DNA of 64,000 nt, from assembly GCA_964554805.1 (NCBI GenBank), contig CAZKPX010000001.1:124818-188817 (forward strand), read 5' to 3'. Below the pieces are notes generated by a model. The model was not told the origin of the DNA, did no database searches, and worked only from the letters and a program-made list of their open reading frames with translations. A program made the translations under genes and the position numbers. Positions within the stretch are counted from its first letter, which is position 1, and every line of letters starts with the position of its first letter. Source of the stretch: an uncultured Candidatus Saccharibacteria bacterium (GTDB taxonomy: Bacteria > Patescibacteriota > CAZHWT01). This document shows, piece by piece, positions 18,676-30,574 of the stretch.

Positions 18676-21600
18676 TTACGAATCGATGCGAGCGGAGTCG
18701 CCGGTTGGGATGAGGCGGCCGATGATGACGTTCTCTTTTAGTCCAACCAGACGATCGATCTTGCCCTGGGTAGCGGCATTGGTTAGGACGCCGGTGGTTT
18801 CCTGGAAGGAAGCGGCTGATAACCAAGACTCGGTTAAGAGTGACGAGCGGGTAATACCGAGAATAGTCATCTCAGCAGTAGCCACTTCTCCACCCTCAGC
18901 TAAGATGCGGCCGTTTTCCTCTTCGAACTTGATGCGCTCAATGAGGTCTCCTGGCATCATACTGGAGTCACCGGAAGACATGACACGAACCTTATCGAAC
19001 ATTTTGCGAACGATGATTTCGGCATGCTTGCTCTGGATGTCGATACCTTGGCTCTTATAGACGTTCTGAACTTCTTGCAGCAGATACTGCTGAACAGCTT
19101 TGACGCCGCGGATAGCCAACATTTCTCGGAGGTCGAAGTGACCTTCGGTGAGAGCTTGACCGGCTAGAACAGTTGCGCCATTGGCAACGGCTACTACTGA
19201 TCCAATCGAGATGACGTATTCACGCTCATCACGAAGCTGGTAAGATAGAGTGATGGTAGTCTTCTGGCCGGACTTGGTTGCCACTTCAACAGTAGCATTG
19301 TCGCGGGCTTTGACTTCACCGTCGGCAGTCTTGTAGATAGGTTGACCCTTAACTACTTCAGCGCCGTTCTTAACAAGAGCTTTTTCGTCTTCTTTAAGAG
19401 TAATAGACTCGCTCAAGATTTCGATAGACTCTACCTTGGCGATGGTGCGGCCGTTTTCTTGCTTATCAAGAGTAACAGCACCGCTGATTTCTGACAGAAT
19501 GGCTGGATCTTTAGGTGTGCGAGCTTCGAAAAGCTCTTCAACACGTGGCAGACCCTGAGTAATATCTTTACCAGCAACGCCACCAGTGTGGAAGGTACGC
19601 ATGGTTAGCTGTGTACCAGGCTCACCGATTGACTGAGCGGCGATAACACCAACTGCAGTACCCATCTTAACCAACTGTCGGCTACCGAGATCTCGACCAT
19701 AACAGAGAGCACAGATGCCGTATTTGGCTTGGCATGTCAGGGCGGTGCGGTAGGTGACTTCAGCTACGTCAGCTGCTTCAACAATTTGCTTCATTTCAGC
19801 TTCGCCGATTAAAGTACCGGCTGTCATGACAACCTTATCCTTGGCATCAACGATGTCTCGGGCGATGACACGGCCGAGAGCCTGATCTTGCCAACCATTG
19901 GTTTGGGTGGAGACTGTTAGGCCATCCTTGGTGCGACAGTCGTCGGTACGGATGATGACATCATGAGCAACGTCGACTAAACGACGGGTCAAGTAACCAG
20001 CTTCGGCGGTCATCAAGGCGGTATCGATCAATCCCTTACGGGCGGCACGAGCACCGATGAATCCGTCAAAAGCGGTAGAGCCTTCGATAATATTGGTCTT
20101 GATTGGAGTTTCGATAAGTCGACCCATTGAGTCGTTCATCAATCCTCGCATACCGCTGAGCTGCTTGATGGTATCGCGGTTGGCACGACCAGCCTTGGAG
20201 GCGACGATGAAGGATAGGATGGAATGGGGATCGAGTTGCTCGATAGCCAAGTTTCCAACTTCTTCATTAACGCGGCTCCATAGATCGATGATCAAAGCGC
20301 GACGTTCGCGAGCAGTGGTCAATCCACGTCGGTAGTTCTTTTCGATAACGTCAAGTTCTTTGTTGGCCAAAGCCAGAATCTCGGTACGTTCTACAGGAGT
20401 GTGGAAGTCTCCGACACCAAAACTAGTACCAGCGATGGTGGAATAGTGACGACCAAGTTCCTTGAAGGCGTCGACGAGCAAGACCGTCTGATCGGTTCCG
20501 AACTGATCAAATGACTGAGCCAGAAGGTCGCGCATGGCACGACGATCAACTGCACTGTTGTGGTAGCGCAACTCAACTGGTAGAACCTCGTTGAGATACA
20601 GACGACCAACAGTGGTTTCGACCGGCTGGCCATCCATATAAATGGTGACCGGAGCTTGGATGTGAACAGTCTTGTTTTGCTCAGCCAAAATAGCTTCGGC
20701 GCTGGACAGGAAGGTGCGACCCTTGCCCTTAGCTTGATCGTTGGCGACGGTTAGGTAGTACAGACCAATGGCAAACTCGTTCTTCATGTCGATAACTGGA
20801 GCACCATCAGACAACTTAAGCATGTTGTGAGGAGCCAGCATTAAACGCTCAGCTTCTTCAATAGACTTAGATGACAGTGGAATGTGGACAGCCATCATGT
20901 CTCCGTCGAAGTCAGCATTGAAGGCGTTACAGACTGCAGGGTGCAGCTTGATAGCGTTGCCCTCGATCAGGACTGGATAGAAGCCTTGGATACCAAGACG
21001 GTGAAGGGTAGGGGCACGGTTGAGGAGGATTGGGTGATTTACCGAAACCTGCTCGAGGATGTCCCAGACTTCAGTGCCGCGACGTTCGAGAACGTTTTTG
21101 GCGCTCTTGACGTTAGGGGCGAACCCTTGGGCGATGATTTCTCGGAGAACGAAAGGCTTGAACAATTGGAGAGCCATTTCTTTGGGCAGACCACACTGGT
21201 CAAGACGCAGCTCAGGACCAACGACGATAACTGAACGACCGGAATAGTCGACACGCTTACCAAGTAGGTTTTGGCGGAAACGACCTTGCTTACCCTTAAG
21301 CATTTCGGACAGTGAACGCATCTTCTGCGCGGCTCGACGAGTGGTAGCTCGCTTTTCGCGCTGAGATGAGTCGATCAACGCGTCAACTGCTTCTTGGAGC
21401 ATGCGCTTTTCGTTGCGCAAGATAATCTCAGGAGCACCGAGATCCATCAAACGACGAAGACGGTTGTTGCGGTTGATGACGCGACGATACAGGTCATTCA
21501 GATCTGAAGTGGCGAAACGACCACCGGATAACTGAACCATGGGACGCAACTCTGGTGGAATAACTGGTAAGACCGTGGTGATCATCCAAACCGGATTGAT

Positions 21601-22557
21601 ACGAGCCATCTTGAGGCCTTCAACGACACGCAGACGCTTGGTAGCCTTGGTGCGCTTTGCCAATGAAGGACTCTTGGTTTCCAATTTGAGCTGCTGAGCC
21701 AGTTCGTCCAAGTCAACGACTTCGAGGACGCGCATGATGGCTTCGGCACCCATGCCAACCTTGACAATGCTATCAGCATCCCAGAATGCTAGTTCGGCGT
21801 AATCATTTTCTGACAGAAGATCAAGTGGCTTAAGGGCCTTAATCTTGCTCTCTAGTTCATGGAATGACTTATCGAGCAGGGCTTGTTCTTTGGCAAGATC
21901 TTCGCGAAGAGAGCTGATGCGCTTCTTAAGGTTAAGATGACGCTCTTGCTGACGGATTTCGGTTGATTCGGCTTTGGACTTCTTGCTCTCGGCAGCAACT
22001 TCATCAGCAGCGGCTTCAATTTCTTGAATGCGCTCGTCAGTATCTTGCTGTAATTCTAATTTCTTTTCGGCTAATTTGGTGTGCAACTGGTTAACTAGTT
22101 GTTCACGAGCACCTTCATCGACCTGCTCAATAAGGTATTGGGCGAAGTAGATAACGCTTTCCATGTTGCGAGGACTGATGTCGAGCAACAGAGATAGTTT
22201 GGAAGGAGCGCCGCGGAAGAACCAGACGTGAGCTACAGGGGCGGCCAGGTTGATATGAGCCATACGCTCACGTCGGACCTTGGAATGAGTGACTTCGACA
22301 CCACACTTATCACAGATAACACCCTTATAGCGAATACGCTTGTATTTACCACAGTAGCATTCGAAATCGCGAACCGGGCCAAAAATACGTTCGTCAAATA
22401 GACCGTCTTTTTCTGGCTTGAGGGTGCGATAGTTGATTGTCTCAGGCTTGGCAACTTCACCAAAAGACCATTGCTTAATGTCTTCTGGAGAAGCCAAGGT
22501 GATTTTTAAGGCCTGAAAGTCTTTTAACTCAGTCATATTAGGCATCCTCCTCTTCAT
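18676..22557 (-). CDS. rpoC: DNA-directed RNA polymerase subunit beta'
   Basis: 1293 aa. N-terminal zinc-binding CxxC...CxxC, NADFDGD catalytic motif, and C-terminal cysteines. Confidence 0.95.
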   Translation of the reverse strand: MKRRMPNMTELKDFQALKITLASPEDIKQWSFGEVAKPETINYRTLKPEKDGLFDERIFGPVRDFECYCGKYKRIRYKGVICDKCGVEVTHSKVRRERMAHINLAAPVAHVWFFRGAPSKLSLLLDISPRNMESVIYFAQYLIEQVDEGAREQLVNQLHTKLAEKKLELQQDTDERIQEIEAAADEVAAESKKSKAESTEIRQQERHLNLKKRISSLREDLAKEQALLDKSFHELESKIKALKPLDLLSENDYAELAFWDADSIVKVGMGAEAIMRVLEVVDLDELAQQLKLETKSPSLAKRTKATKRLRVVEGLKMARINPVWMITTVLPVIPPELRPMVQLSGGRFATSDLNDLYRRVINRNNRLRRLMDLGAPEIILRNEKRMLQEAVDALIDSSQREKRATTRRAAQKMRSLSEMLKGKQGRFRQNLLGKRVDYSGRSVIVVGPELRLDQCGLPKEMALQLFKPFVLREIIAQGFAPNVKSAKNVLERRGTEVWDILEQVSVNHPILLNRAPTLHRLGIQGFYPVLIEGNAIKLHPAVCNAFNADFDGDMMAVHIPLSSKSIEEAERLMLAPHNMLKLSDGAPVIDMKNEFAIGLYYLTVANDQAKGKGRTFLSSAEAILAEQNKTVHIQAPVTIYMDGQPVETTVGRLYLNEVLPVELRYHNSAVDRRAMRDLLAQSFDQFGTDQTVLLVDAFKELGRHYSTIAGTSFGVGDFHTPVERTEILALANKELDVIEKNYRRGLTTARERRALIIDLWSRVNEEVGNLAIEQLDPHSILSFIVASKAGRANRDTIKQLSGMRGLMNDSMGRLIETPIKTNIIEGSTAFDGFIGARAARKGLIDTALMTAEAGYLTRRLVDVAHDVIIRTDDCRTKDGLTVSTQTNGWQDQALGRVIARDIVDAKDKVVMTAGTLIGEAEMKQIVEAADVAEVTYRTALTCQAKYGICALCYGRDLGSRQLVKMGTAVGVIAAQSIGEPGTQLTMRTFHTGGVAGKDITQGLPRVEELFEARTPKDPAILSEISGAVTLDKQENGRTIAKVESIEILSESITLKEDEKALVKNGAEVVKGQPIYKTADGEVKARDNATVEVATKSGQKTTITLSYQLRDEREYVISIGSVVAVANGATVLAGQALTEGHFDLREMLAIRGVKAVQQYLLQEVQNVYKSQGIDIQSKHAEIIVRKMFDKVRVMSSGDSSMMPGDLIERIKFEEENGRILAEGGEVATAEMTILGITRSSLLTESWLSAASFQETTGVLTNAATQGKIDRLVGLKENVIIGRLIPTGDSARIDS

Positions 22558-25500
22558 CTACAACTTGGGTGACCTCGACTACATGGACGCTGTCGTCGGG
22601 GGTTTCAATGAACTCTTGTTCGCTACCAGCAGCGGCGGCAAAGGCGGCTGCTTCAGCTTCGTCTTCGGCTTCGACGGTTAATTCTTCAACTGAAGCGTCA
22701 ATTTGGCTTTCAACATCGTCGGTAATTTGAGTACCGGCATCTGTTTCGCCAGCCACTACTATTTGTTCTTCTTCGTCAATTTCTACGACTTCGCCGATAA
22801 CATCTACTGCCAATCCGAGAGAGTTGAGCTCTTTGACAAGAACCTTGAATGACTCTGGGATACGGGCTTGAGGAATGTCGATGCCTTTAACAATAGCTTC
22901 AAAAGCCTTGGCACGGCCGACAATATCATCAGACTTAATCGTTAACATTTCCTGCAAGGTGTGAGCGGCACCATACGCTTCGAGAGCCCAGACTTCCATT
23001 TCACCGAGACGCTGACCACCCATTTGAGCCTTACCGCCGAGTGGTTGCTGAGTAATGAGTGAGTATGGTCCGGTTGATCGAGCGTGAACCTTGTCTTCAA
23101 CCAAGTGGATCAGCTTCATAATGTGAGCATGACCGACTGTAACATCCTGATCGAAGGCGTCACCAGTTCGACCATCATAGAGAGTCGCCTTACCGGAAGC
23201 TGGTAAACCAGCTTTTTTGAGTTCTTCAACAACAGAGTTGGTTGAGTTGAGTTCGTAAGCAGGTACAGCGTAGTACTTGTTTTGAGCATGAGCAGCCCAG
23301 CCAAGGTGAGTTTCTACGATCTGACCGACGTTCATACGAGCAATAATAGACAGTGGGTTCAAGATGATGTCGACTGGAGTACCGTCGGCCAGATATGGCA
23401 TATCTTCCTGAGGGAGAACCTTGGCGATAATACCTTTTTCACCGTGACGACCAGAAATCTTGTCACCAACCGAGATCTTGCGACGCTGAGCCACCTTGAC
23501 CTTGATTGACATCAATTCTCCAGGGCCTAACTCATCGCCCTTTTCCTTATCAAGGATTTGGATGTCGATAACGGTTCCCCGATCTCCGTGAGGCATAACC
23601 AATGAGGTATCGCGAACTTCGCGAGCCTTTTCACCGAAGATTGCACGGAGCAAACGCTCTTCAGCAGTTAACTCTGTTTCGCCTTTAGGAGCAATCTTTC
23701 CGACCAAGATATCGCCAGGTCGAACTTCGGCTCCGATATAAACCACACCGGTTTCGTCAAGGTTGGCTAGAGCTTCTTCGCCAACGTTTGGAATATCACG
23801 AGTGATTTCTTCCGGACCCAACTTGGTGTCCATAACGGTGGCTTCGTACTCTTCGATGTGAATCGAGGTTAGTAAGTCTTCGGATAGCAGTCGCTCATTG
23901 ACGACAACTGAGTTTTCGTAAGTGAAACCTTCCCATGGCATGAAGGCGGTGACCATGTCGCGACCAAGTGATAATTCACCACCATCGCTGGATGGGCCAT
24001 CGATCAGAACATCGCCGGCAGCCACCTTTTGGCCGACAACAACAGAAGCTTGCTGGTTATAACAAGTATCGTTGTTAGTACGCTTGAACTTTTCGAGGTA
24101 ATGAGTGGCTTTATCGCCATTGTCGTAGATGACTTCAACACGTCGACCATCTACATAGGCGACAGTACCAGCATCCTTGGCAACAATGGTTCGACCTGAG
24201 TCAACCACCACTGGGCGCTCCATACCTGTACCAACAAGTGGGGCGGCAGGATTGATCAATGGTACAGCTTGGTTTTCCATGTTGGATCCCATCAATGGGA
24301 ACTTACCAACGTCGGAAGAGATGAATGGAATTAAGGCAGCGGAAATGGAAACCATTTCGAATGGAGAGGCATCTACGTAGTCAACGTTTTCAACAACTTC
24401 ACTAGAGAAGTCGCGCAAGTGACGGACGTTAACACGAGAATCAGTCAATCGACCCTTGTCATCAGTGTTAACTGTGGCTTCGGCGATGTGATACTTCTCT
24501 TCTTCCTGAGCATCCATGTAGACAATTTCATCAGTGATATAGCTACCGTCTTGCTTGTGCTCAACCTTACGGTATGGAGCCTCAATAAAGCCGTGCTCGT
24601 TGATCTTGGCAAAGGTAGCCAAGGCTGATAGTAGTCCTACAGAAGCACCTTCCGGAACTTTGATCGGACAAATACGACCGTAATAGGAAGAGTGAACGTC
24701 GCGGACTGAGAAGCCGGCGCGATCGCGGGTCAAACCACCTGGACCGTATACAGATAAACGGCGAAGATGTTCGATTTCGGCTAATGGGTTGATCTGGTCC
24801 ATGAACTGAGATAGCTGAGATGAACCGAAGAATTCATTAAGAGAGGCGACAATTGGACGAGCGTTTACCAACAGAGATGGTGATAGCTTGCGGTCAACCA
24901 TAGCTACACTGAGTCGCTCGCGAACAAGACGCTCAAGACGCAAGACACCGATACGCAGGTTGTGTTGAATCAATTCACCAGCCTGACGAACTCGTCGGTT
25001 GGACAAGTGGTCAATGTCGTCGGTTTGCCCTTGAGTATTGTTTAGGACAATTAACTCTTTGAGAGAAGCGACTACATCTTCAAGAGTTAGTAGCCAATCT
25101 TCTGGGGTGTTAGAACCTTCAAGTCCGAGACGCTTGTTGAGCTTGTAGCGGCCGACTTTACCCATTGAGTAACGACGATCATTAGAGAACAGAGCCTCAA
25201 AGAAGCTGCGGGCGTTTTCCAGAATAGCTGGATCGCCTGGTCGCATCTTGGAATAAATCTCGATAAAAGCTTCGTTTTGATTGGAAGTTGGGTCTTTTTC
25301 TAGAGTAGATTCGATGAACTTGTGCTCGTCGCTGGTGTCAACATCAGCAAAGAGAGCTTTAATTTCGTCATCAGAGCCGGCACCAAAAGCGCGAAGCAAG
25401 GTCGTGGCGGTCATCTTGCGACGACGATCAATCTTAAGAGTTAGCACATCGCTCTTAGCGGTTTCGAATTCGATCCAGCTACCGCGAGTTGGGCGGAGAG

Positions 25501-25999
25501 AAGCAGTGTATAGCTGACGACCACTGGCTGGGTCAGTAATGCTGGAGTAGAAAACACCTGGAGAACGGGTTAACTGGTTAATAACAACACGCTCGTTACC
25601 ATTAATAATAAAGGTACCGTTTGGTGTCATAAGAGGAAGATTACCGAGGTAAACATCCTGCTCGATTACTTCACCGGTTTGCTTGTCGATCAGCTTGGCT
25701 GGAGCCATCATAGCTGTTTCGTAGCTGGCACGCTTGAGAATTGCTTCTTCGACGCTGTGCTTGGGATCTTCGAAACGGACATCGCCGATTTCGAGAGAAA
25801 GGTTTTTGCCAGTGTAGTCATCAATTGGATTTACTTCGCGGACGACTTCATTGACGCCTTCCTGAAGCAACCAGTTGTATGAATCGTGCTGGACTTTGAT
25901 AAGATTTGGCAATTCCAGTCCGGATGCGGAACCACTGAGGTAGGTTCGCTCAACGCGGGTGCTTGGAACAGCTGGAGTATTTTTGACTGTTTTTGCCAT
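22538..25999 (-). CDS. rpoB: DNA-directed RNA polymerase subunit beta
   Basis: 1153 aa with typical beta-subunit motifs and an acidic C-terminal tail. It overlaps the rpoC start by 20 nt. Confidence 0.95.
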   Translation of the reverse strand: MAKTVKNTPAVPSTRVERTYLSGSASGLELPNLIKVQHDSYNWLLQEGVNEVVREVNPIDDYTGKNLSLEIGDVRFEDPKHSVEEAILKRASYETAMMAPAKLIDKQTGEVIEQDVYLGNLPLMTPNGTFIINGNERVVINQLTRSPGVFYSSITDPASGRQLYTASLRPTRGSWIEFETAKSDVLTLKIDRRRKMTATTLLRAFGAGSDDEIKALFADVDTSDEHKFIESTLEKDPTSNQNEAFIEIYSKMRPGDPAILENARSFFEALFSNDRRYSMGKVGRYKLNKRLGLEGSNTPEDWLLTLEDVVASLKELIVLNNTQGQTDDIDHLSNRRVRQAGELIQHNLRIGVLRLERLVRERLSVAMVDRKLSPSLLVNARPIVASLNEFFGSSQLSQFMDQINPLAEIEHLRRLSVYGPGGLTRDRAGFSVRDVHSSYYGRICPIKVPEGASVGLLSALATFAKINEHGFIEAPYRKVEHKQDGSYITDEIVYMDAQEEEKYHIAEATVNTDDKGRLTDSRVNVRHLRDFSSEVVENVDYVDASPFEMVSISAALIPFISSDVGKFPLMGSNMENQAVPLINPAAPLVGTGMERPVVVDSGRTIVAKDAGTVAYVDGRRVEVIYDNGDKATHYLEKFKRTNNDTCYNQQASVVVGQKVAAGDVLIDGPSSDGGELSLGRDMVTAFMPWEGFTYENSVVVNERLLSEDLLTSIHIEEYEATVMDTKLGPEEITRDIPNVGEEALANLDETGVVYIGAEVRPGDILVGKIAPKGETELTAEERLLRAIFGEKAREVRDTSLVMPHGDRGTVIDIQILDKEKGDELGPGELMSIKVKVAQRRKISVGDKISGRHGEKGIIAKVLPQEDMPYLADGTPVDIILNPLSIIARMNVGQIVETHLGWAAHAQNKYYAVPAYELNSTNSVVEELKKAGLPASGKATLYDGRTGDAFDQDVTVGHAHIMKLIHLVEDKVHARSTGPYSLITQQPLGGKAQMGGQRLGEMEVWALEAYGAAHTLQEMLTIKSDDIVGRAKAFEAIVKGIDIPQARIPESFKVLVKELNSLGLAVDVIGEVVEIDEEEQIVVAGETDAGTQITDDVESQIDASVEELTVEAEDEAEAAAFAAAAGSEQEFIETPDDSVHVVEVTQVVDEEEDA

Positions 26000-26483
26000 A
26001 AAATGCTGCCTTCTGGGGTATTGGTTAGTTGTCAGTTGGACTAGCTGACTAATAAACAGATAATCTGTAGAGATCGTGTCGCCGCCGTACCGCAGTAAAC
26101 GCTCTGCCGGCTAGACGCACGCTCCGTATTATCCAATCTATTGTCTGGACTAGAAAAACTGGAACTATCTAAGAAGTTGACCGTGCTTCTTAGGGGTGAT
26201 GCTAAGGTTTTAGTTTTTTGTTTTTAAACTGATTCGTTGGTGCGTTTATGTAGTTCAATCGAGCAAACTAGGTAATTTTGGAGCTTGCTTGATCGTCTAA
26301 ACAACGAAAATTAGACGCATGTACCGACTGTCCCCGGAGGAACCCAATGCGTCTTCTGAAAGAAGTGTAAGTTTTATTGTTGTGTTACTAATCTCAGAGT
26401 AATTACCCAAACTAAATTTAGTGGAGTCACTGTACCACAATAAGCCTCGACCGTCAAGGTGCAGGCATGGCATGATTCGATAG

Positions 26484-26511
26484 TTGATTTGTGGAATATA
26501 TGCCCTATAAT
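26484..26511 (+). promoter_or_regulatory. Sigma70-like promoter (TTGATT, 16-nt spacer, TATAAT) for the 26534 gene
   Basis: agTTGATTtgtggaatatatgcccTATAATagg. The ATG at 26534 follows about 22 nt downstream. Confidence 0.45.
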
Positions 26512-26533
26512 AGGCGACGAAGTGGCGAGTCGA

Positions 26534-27073
26534 ATGCAGAAGGAGAAGATCGTGGACAAGTGGCTTGTTTTCAGTGTAGTAGCCGTTCTGGGCTTGGCGG
26601 TGATTTGGTTTATCGTGAGAAGATGCTGGCCGAATAAGGTCAAGCCTGAATTGAGTGCTGGTAAAGATACAAAGCAGGAGACTGCAGAAGCTCCGGTGGA
26701 GATCGTACCGTACCGTGAGCCGACTGTTAACAAAGTCAGTAGTTGCACAATTTCAGTTCAACCAACCATCGCTGCGGCCAATCCCTACTTCAAGGTACGA
26801 CGCGATATGAAATCACTGTTGTTTGAGCTTTCAAAGGAAGTGAGCCTTCACCAGCAAAGATCTATTCGCAACAAGCTGACTAATGAGCTGACCATTAAGG
26901 CGACTCACATACACTGGGTCAACTCGAATGAGCTGCTCGTTGTTCGCCCCCACCAAAAGCGGAAAGATAGTAGCTGGCAAGCACAGACGATCAGTGCTGT
27001 ACAAAGCTGTTTGAAGAGAGAGTTTCCCTGGTGGGAGATTGACTTGGTCTCGAATGGTATTCAGAAGCAATGA
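26534..27073 (+). CDS. Hypothetical membrane-anchored protein (about 180 aa; N-terminal TM, then a soluble domain)
   Basis: MQKEKIVDKWLVFSVVAVLGLAVIWFIV... The ORF-track start at 26459 lies inside the promoter. Confidence 0.5.
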   Translation: MQKEKIVDKWLVFSVVAVLGLAVIWFIVRRCWPNKVKPELSAGKDTKQETAEAPVEIVPYREPTVNKVSSCTISVQPTIAAANPYFKVRRDMKSLLFELSKEVSLHQQRSIRNKLTNELTIKATHIHWVNSNELLVVRPHQKRKDSSWQAQTISAVQSCLKREFPWWEIDLVSNGIQKQ

Positions 27074-27082
27074 TGCTAGCAG

Positions 27083-27120
27083 ATGGCGCTCCCTATGTTG
27101 GGGGGCGCCATTCCTTTTTT
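27083..27120 (+). terminator. Rho-independent terminator (ATGGCGCTCCC-loop-GGGGGCGCCAT plus TTCCTTTTTT)
   Basis: 11-bp stem and a T run. Confidence 0.65.
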
Positions 27121-27179
27121 AAAAAATATAAACTGACAGTAGCATTCCCAAAGTTTGACTATTAAGGCATACTTAACAT

Positions 27180-27677
27180 ATGCAAGAACCACTTCACCCT
27201 GAAACTAAGATTGGTCATATTCATTTGAAAGTGTCGGATGTGGCGAAGTCTATTGAGTTTTATCAGGATGTGTTGGGGTTTGAACTGGTGGATGACTTTG
27301 GGCATGCGGCTTTTTTGTCGGCTGGTGGGTATCACCATCATATTGGCTTGAATACTTGGGAGAGCCATAAGGGGCGTCCGGCTGATGGGCATACCGGTTT
27401 GTATCATGCAGCCATTTTGTATCCGAGTCGCAAGGAATTGGGTAAGGCTTTGGAACGGCTGATGAAACATAAATACCCAATCATTGGGGCTTCTGATCAT
27501 GGGGTGAGTGAGGCTATATATTTGGAAGACCCGGATGGTAATGGTTTGGAATTGTACTGGGATAGGCCGCGCGAAGATTGGCCAATGAAGGCTAATGGTA
27601 AGCCTGAAATGTTCACTAAACCACTTGATTTGGACGACTTATTAGCTCAAGCTCATCGACGAGCTCATTTGGACTAG
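27180..27677 (+). CDS. VOC-family protein (glyoxalase / extradiol-dioxygenase-like fold)
   Basis: IGHIHLKVSDVAKSIEFYQDVLGFELV ... GYHHHIGLNTWES ... AIYLEDPDGNGLELYWDR. These are typical paired beta-alpha-beta-beta-beta modules with metal-binding His/Glu residues. Confidence 0.7.
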   Translation: MQEPLHPETKIGHIHLKVSDVAKSIEFYQDVLGFELVDDFGHAAFLSAGGYHHHIGLNTWESHKGRPADGHTGLYHAAILYPSRKELGKALERLMKHKYPIIGASDHGVSEAIYLEDPDGNGLELYWDRPREDWPMKANGKPEMFTKPLDLDDLLAQAHRRAHLD

Positions 27678-27807
27678 TTTTCCATGGAGTGCTAGTTGAT
27701 TATCAGAGACAATAGTGCATGGAAAGGGCTAGAGTGCTAACCATAATTAAGCCATGAGGGCGTGGAAATTGACTGGTTTGCAGACTCAAGACGACCACTC
27801 CTCTAGC

Positions 27808-29334
27808 CTAGTCTACTAACTGGAGAGTGTAATTGGATGTTTGCTGAATGACTGGCAGGTCGGGATTGAAGGGTTTGTCGGCTTGGCGTTTGTTGAGGTC
27901 TTGGATGTAGAGGGTCAGATAGCCTGGCTGACAGTCTTGAATGAAACGAATGTCCTGACGCTTAGTGATATAAACATTAAGATAATCTAGGTCAGTATAG
28001 TCTTGGCCATAGTATGAGCAGATGGTGGTATTTGAAGGAAGTTCGTTTATAATGTCTCTTTTTTGAACAACTGAAATCCTGTGGTCAGTAGTTAGGTCGG
28101 TTTTGATGGCTTTGGCGGTGTAAAAAGTGTTGAGGGTAAGTGATCCAACGAGTAATAAAGCCAATGAGGTAACAACAATATTGCGGATTGGTGGATTATT
28201 TTTAGAAACTATAAATGAGTAACCAATGAGGGAAACGAGTAAAAGGGTTGGTAGCCAATAGCCGATCAGGATGTAGTGATGATGAATGGTGTCCTGGTAG
28301 CCTGAGCCAAAGATGATGAATAGTAGCCAGGGTGCAATAATGAGGATGGCTAGCGTTTTATTTAGTTTGAAGAAAGCATATCCGCCTGCTAGCAAAAGTA
28401 GGGTCGCCAATAAACCTATGATGGCTGGTTGGGTTAGTTGAGGCATTAGCGCGGCTTGAATAAGGGTGAAATTGTAGTCGATGGCCCTGCCTAGTCGCTC
28501 CAGCAAAGTACTGGATGAGGATTGACCAAGGTAGCTGATGATGGCTGAAGTGTTTTGCCAGTTGGAAGTGAATTGGCCGATGAGATATGGGATATGAATG
28601 ATAATCGCAGTGAGGGCAAGGATGGCTGGGCCTGGCCACTGGGATATTTTGTTTTTATAGAGCCAGTAGCCACAGAATAGCATTGCCCAGAGTGGTAAGA
28701 CAAATAGAGCTGTGGAATGAAGCCCCATGCTGAAACCGAGACATATGCCGGCTATGGCCCACCATGATAATTGAGATAGCTGGCGATTCTTTATTTTTAA
28801 TGGCAGGTCTTTTTGAATGGCGTAAAAGCTACAAGTTAGACCTAATACTGCCAGAGGTAATGGATTGGGATTCCAGACGCCGATCGATAGGCCGAAATAC
28901 CAATAACCGACAGCTATGAATAGGCTGGCTAAAAGTGCTAGCAGCTGGCGCGACCGCCGACTTAGTGATTGTAAAAGCCAGTGATAGCAAACCAGATAGA
29001 TGAGGCCGATGCCGAATAGACAGGCTAGCGTATTAACTAACAAATGGAGCTGCGGCCATGGGCCGAGGGCTGCGAATGGCAGCATGGCGTAATAATATTG
29101 TGGTGGCAAGGAGAAAGCGCTGACTGAGGCTGATGGTCCGAGAGTCGGCCAGTTTCCAGCCAAAGCTTGTTGGAGGACAAAAGCATCACGAGCTTGGTCG
29201 TAGTAAAATTCGACGTAGTGAAATAAGGGGAATGCTCGAAGGCTAATAGCCAGAACAATGATTGTCAGGACTAATCCGCCATAGAGTAATGGCCAGAATT
29301 GATTAGAAAATTGGAACCGACTGTTTGAGTTCAT
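27808..29334 (-). CDS. GT-C-fold glycosyltransferase (ArnT/PMT-like, about 12 TM)
   Basis: 508-aa polytopic membrane protein. The first loop carries a YYDQARDAF motif resembling the DE-motif loop of GT39/GT83 enzymes. Confidence 0.55.
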   Translation of the reverse strand: MNSNSRFQFSNQFWPLLYGGLVLTIIVLAISLRAFPLFHYVEFYYDQARDAFVLQQALAGNWPTLGPSASVSAFSLPPQYYYAMLPFAALGPWPQLHLLVNTLACLFGIGLIYLVCYHWLLQSLSRRSRQLLALLASLFIAVGYWYFGLSIGVWNPNPLPLAVLGLTCSFYAIQKDLPLKIKNRQLSQLSWWAIAGICLGFSMGLHSTALFVLPLWAMLFCGYWLYKNKISQWPGPAILALTAIIIHIPYLIGQFTSNWQNTSAIISYLGQSSSSTLLERLGRAIDYNFTLIQAALMPQLTQPAIIGLLATLLLLAGGYAFFKLNKTLAILIIAPWLLFIIFGSGYQDTIHHHYILIGYWLPTLLLVSLIGYSFIVSKNNPPIRNIVVTSLALLLVGSLTLNTFYTAKAIKTDLTTDHRISVVQKRDIINELPSNTTICSYYGQDYTDLDYLNVYITKRQDIRFIQDCQPGYLTLYIQDLNKRQADKPFNPDLPVIQQTSNYTLQLVD

Positions 29335-29450
29335 GTTTTTTAAGATTAGCAGACAATTGTTGTAAGTACAAAGGATATTTGAATTTTATAATGGAAATGG
29401 TAAAGGCTGCCCGACAAATGATATCGGACAGCCTGTTTTGATGGTGCTAG

Positions 29451-30020
29451 CTAGTGAGACCAGTCACGCTCCACTTGGTCTATCCAGTACCATTCGATAT
29501 GGCAGTCGGAACAGCGCGACATAAAACATTGACCGGGCTCAGTATCAAGCCTTAGGACACCCGTAACCCCCGATTCATCCAAGCGCTCGATCCGCTCGCC
29601 GATTGAGATTGTATTCTCAAAGCGACCAGCAAAAACAATGGGGTCTTGGTATCTCTCTTGATGCTTGCCGCATGACGGGCAACAGATGACGGCCGCTCCG
29701 CAGTCGAGACATAGACCAACAGACTCTCCCAGGTAGCAGTTTTCCTGGGCGGTTGTCAGGAGCTGTGGCAGCTTTGATTGGAGCAGTGTGGTTTGCTGGT
29801 GACGACAAGCTCGCTGCACTGCCAATGCCTCGCGATTGCATACTTCGATATTCTGATTCTGATGATCAATCCGTGACTGCAGAGCCTTAATCTGTTCTTG
29901 AGCCAGGCTTATTAGCAAGGCTCGCGGATGAAGACCATCTATGTCTTGCTTAGCAAGATCCTGAACCGCCGTTGACTGGGCCAGATCGTTAGCTGGACGA
30001 TTCGTTTCAGTCTGACTCAC
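29451..30020 (-). CDS. Cys-rich zinc-ribbon protein with coiled-coil N-terminal half (COG1579-like)
   Basis: CLDCG...CPSCG and CFMSRCSDCH cysteine clusters after a predicted helical region. Confidence 0.35.
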   Translation of the reverse strand: MSQTETNRPANDLAQSTAVQDLAKQDIDGLHPRALLISLAQEQIKALQSRIDHQNQNIEVCNREALAVQRACRHQQTTLLQSKLPQLLTTAQENCYLGESVGLCLDCGAAVICCPSCGKHQERYQDPIVFAGRFENTISIGERIERLDESGVTGVLRLDTEPGQCFMSRCSDCHIEWYWIDQVERDWSH

Positions 30021-30140
30021 TTTGTACTCCCTACTCTACCAGGTCGCACCTTTGACCTACTGCCTGACATTATAGTTTAAAAAGGCAGCTAGTCAAGCAA
30101 AGATTTTCTGAGATGGAAAATGCGAAGAGGTGAAGAATTT

Positions 30141-30407
30141 TTAAATTCGTTTTAACTTTGCAAGTAGACCACCAATAAGCCCAGCTATTGGTAGTACTGA
30201 CAACCATATTACGGTTAATATATCCAACAATCCAAGAACTAAATACACAACCATAGCGATTGCTGCTCCGTAGACGAACATCATTTGACTGCTAGGCAGG
30301 CTTTTATTGCATTCTTTTACACTCAGACAACTAACTGCTAACGTCACTACAATGACCGCTAGCCCATATAGTAGACCATCTAGAATCACATAATTTAATA
30401 AAGCCAA
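30141..30407 (-). CDS. Small membrane protein (88 aa, 2-3 TM)
   Basis: Strongly hydrophobic ORF with no homology assessed. Confidence 0.3.
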   Translation of the reverse strand: MALLNYVILDGLLYGLAVIVVTLAVSCLSVKECNKSLPSSQMMFVYGAAIAMVVYLVLGLLDILTVIWLSVLPIAGLIGGLLAKLKRI

Positions 30408-30574
30408 GATAACGGCACTAGCACCGCCATATAAGAGAAAATTTTAAGTTGGATTAATTTATGTTTATCCATAAGGTTTTCAGCCTGCCCAGGTGAGTAT
30501 TATATTATATTAAGCATTTGGCTCATGATATGGAGGAGGTGTTCTGAGATGCACACCCGGAAGGGGTGAGACTT

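Noticed and set aside
26200-26235. Plus-strand TTGACC-17-TGCTAA promoter-like sequence in the rpoB upstream region
   Set aside because: The -10 matches consensus poorly and the orientation is away from rpoB with no downstream plus-strand gene. Not called.
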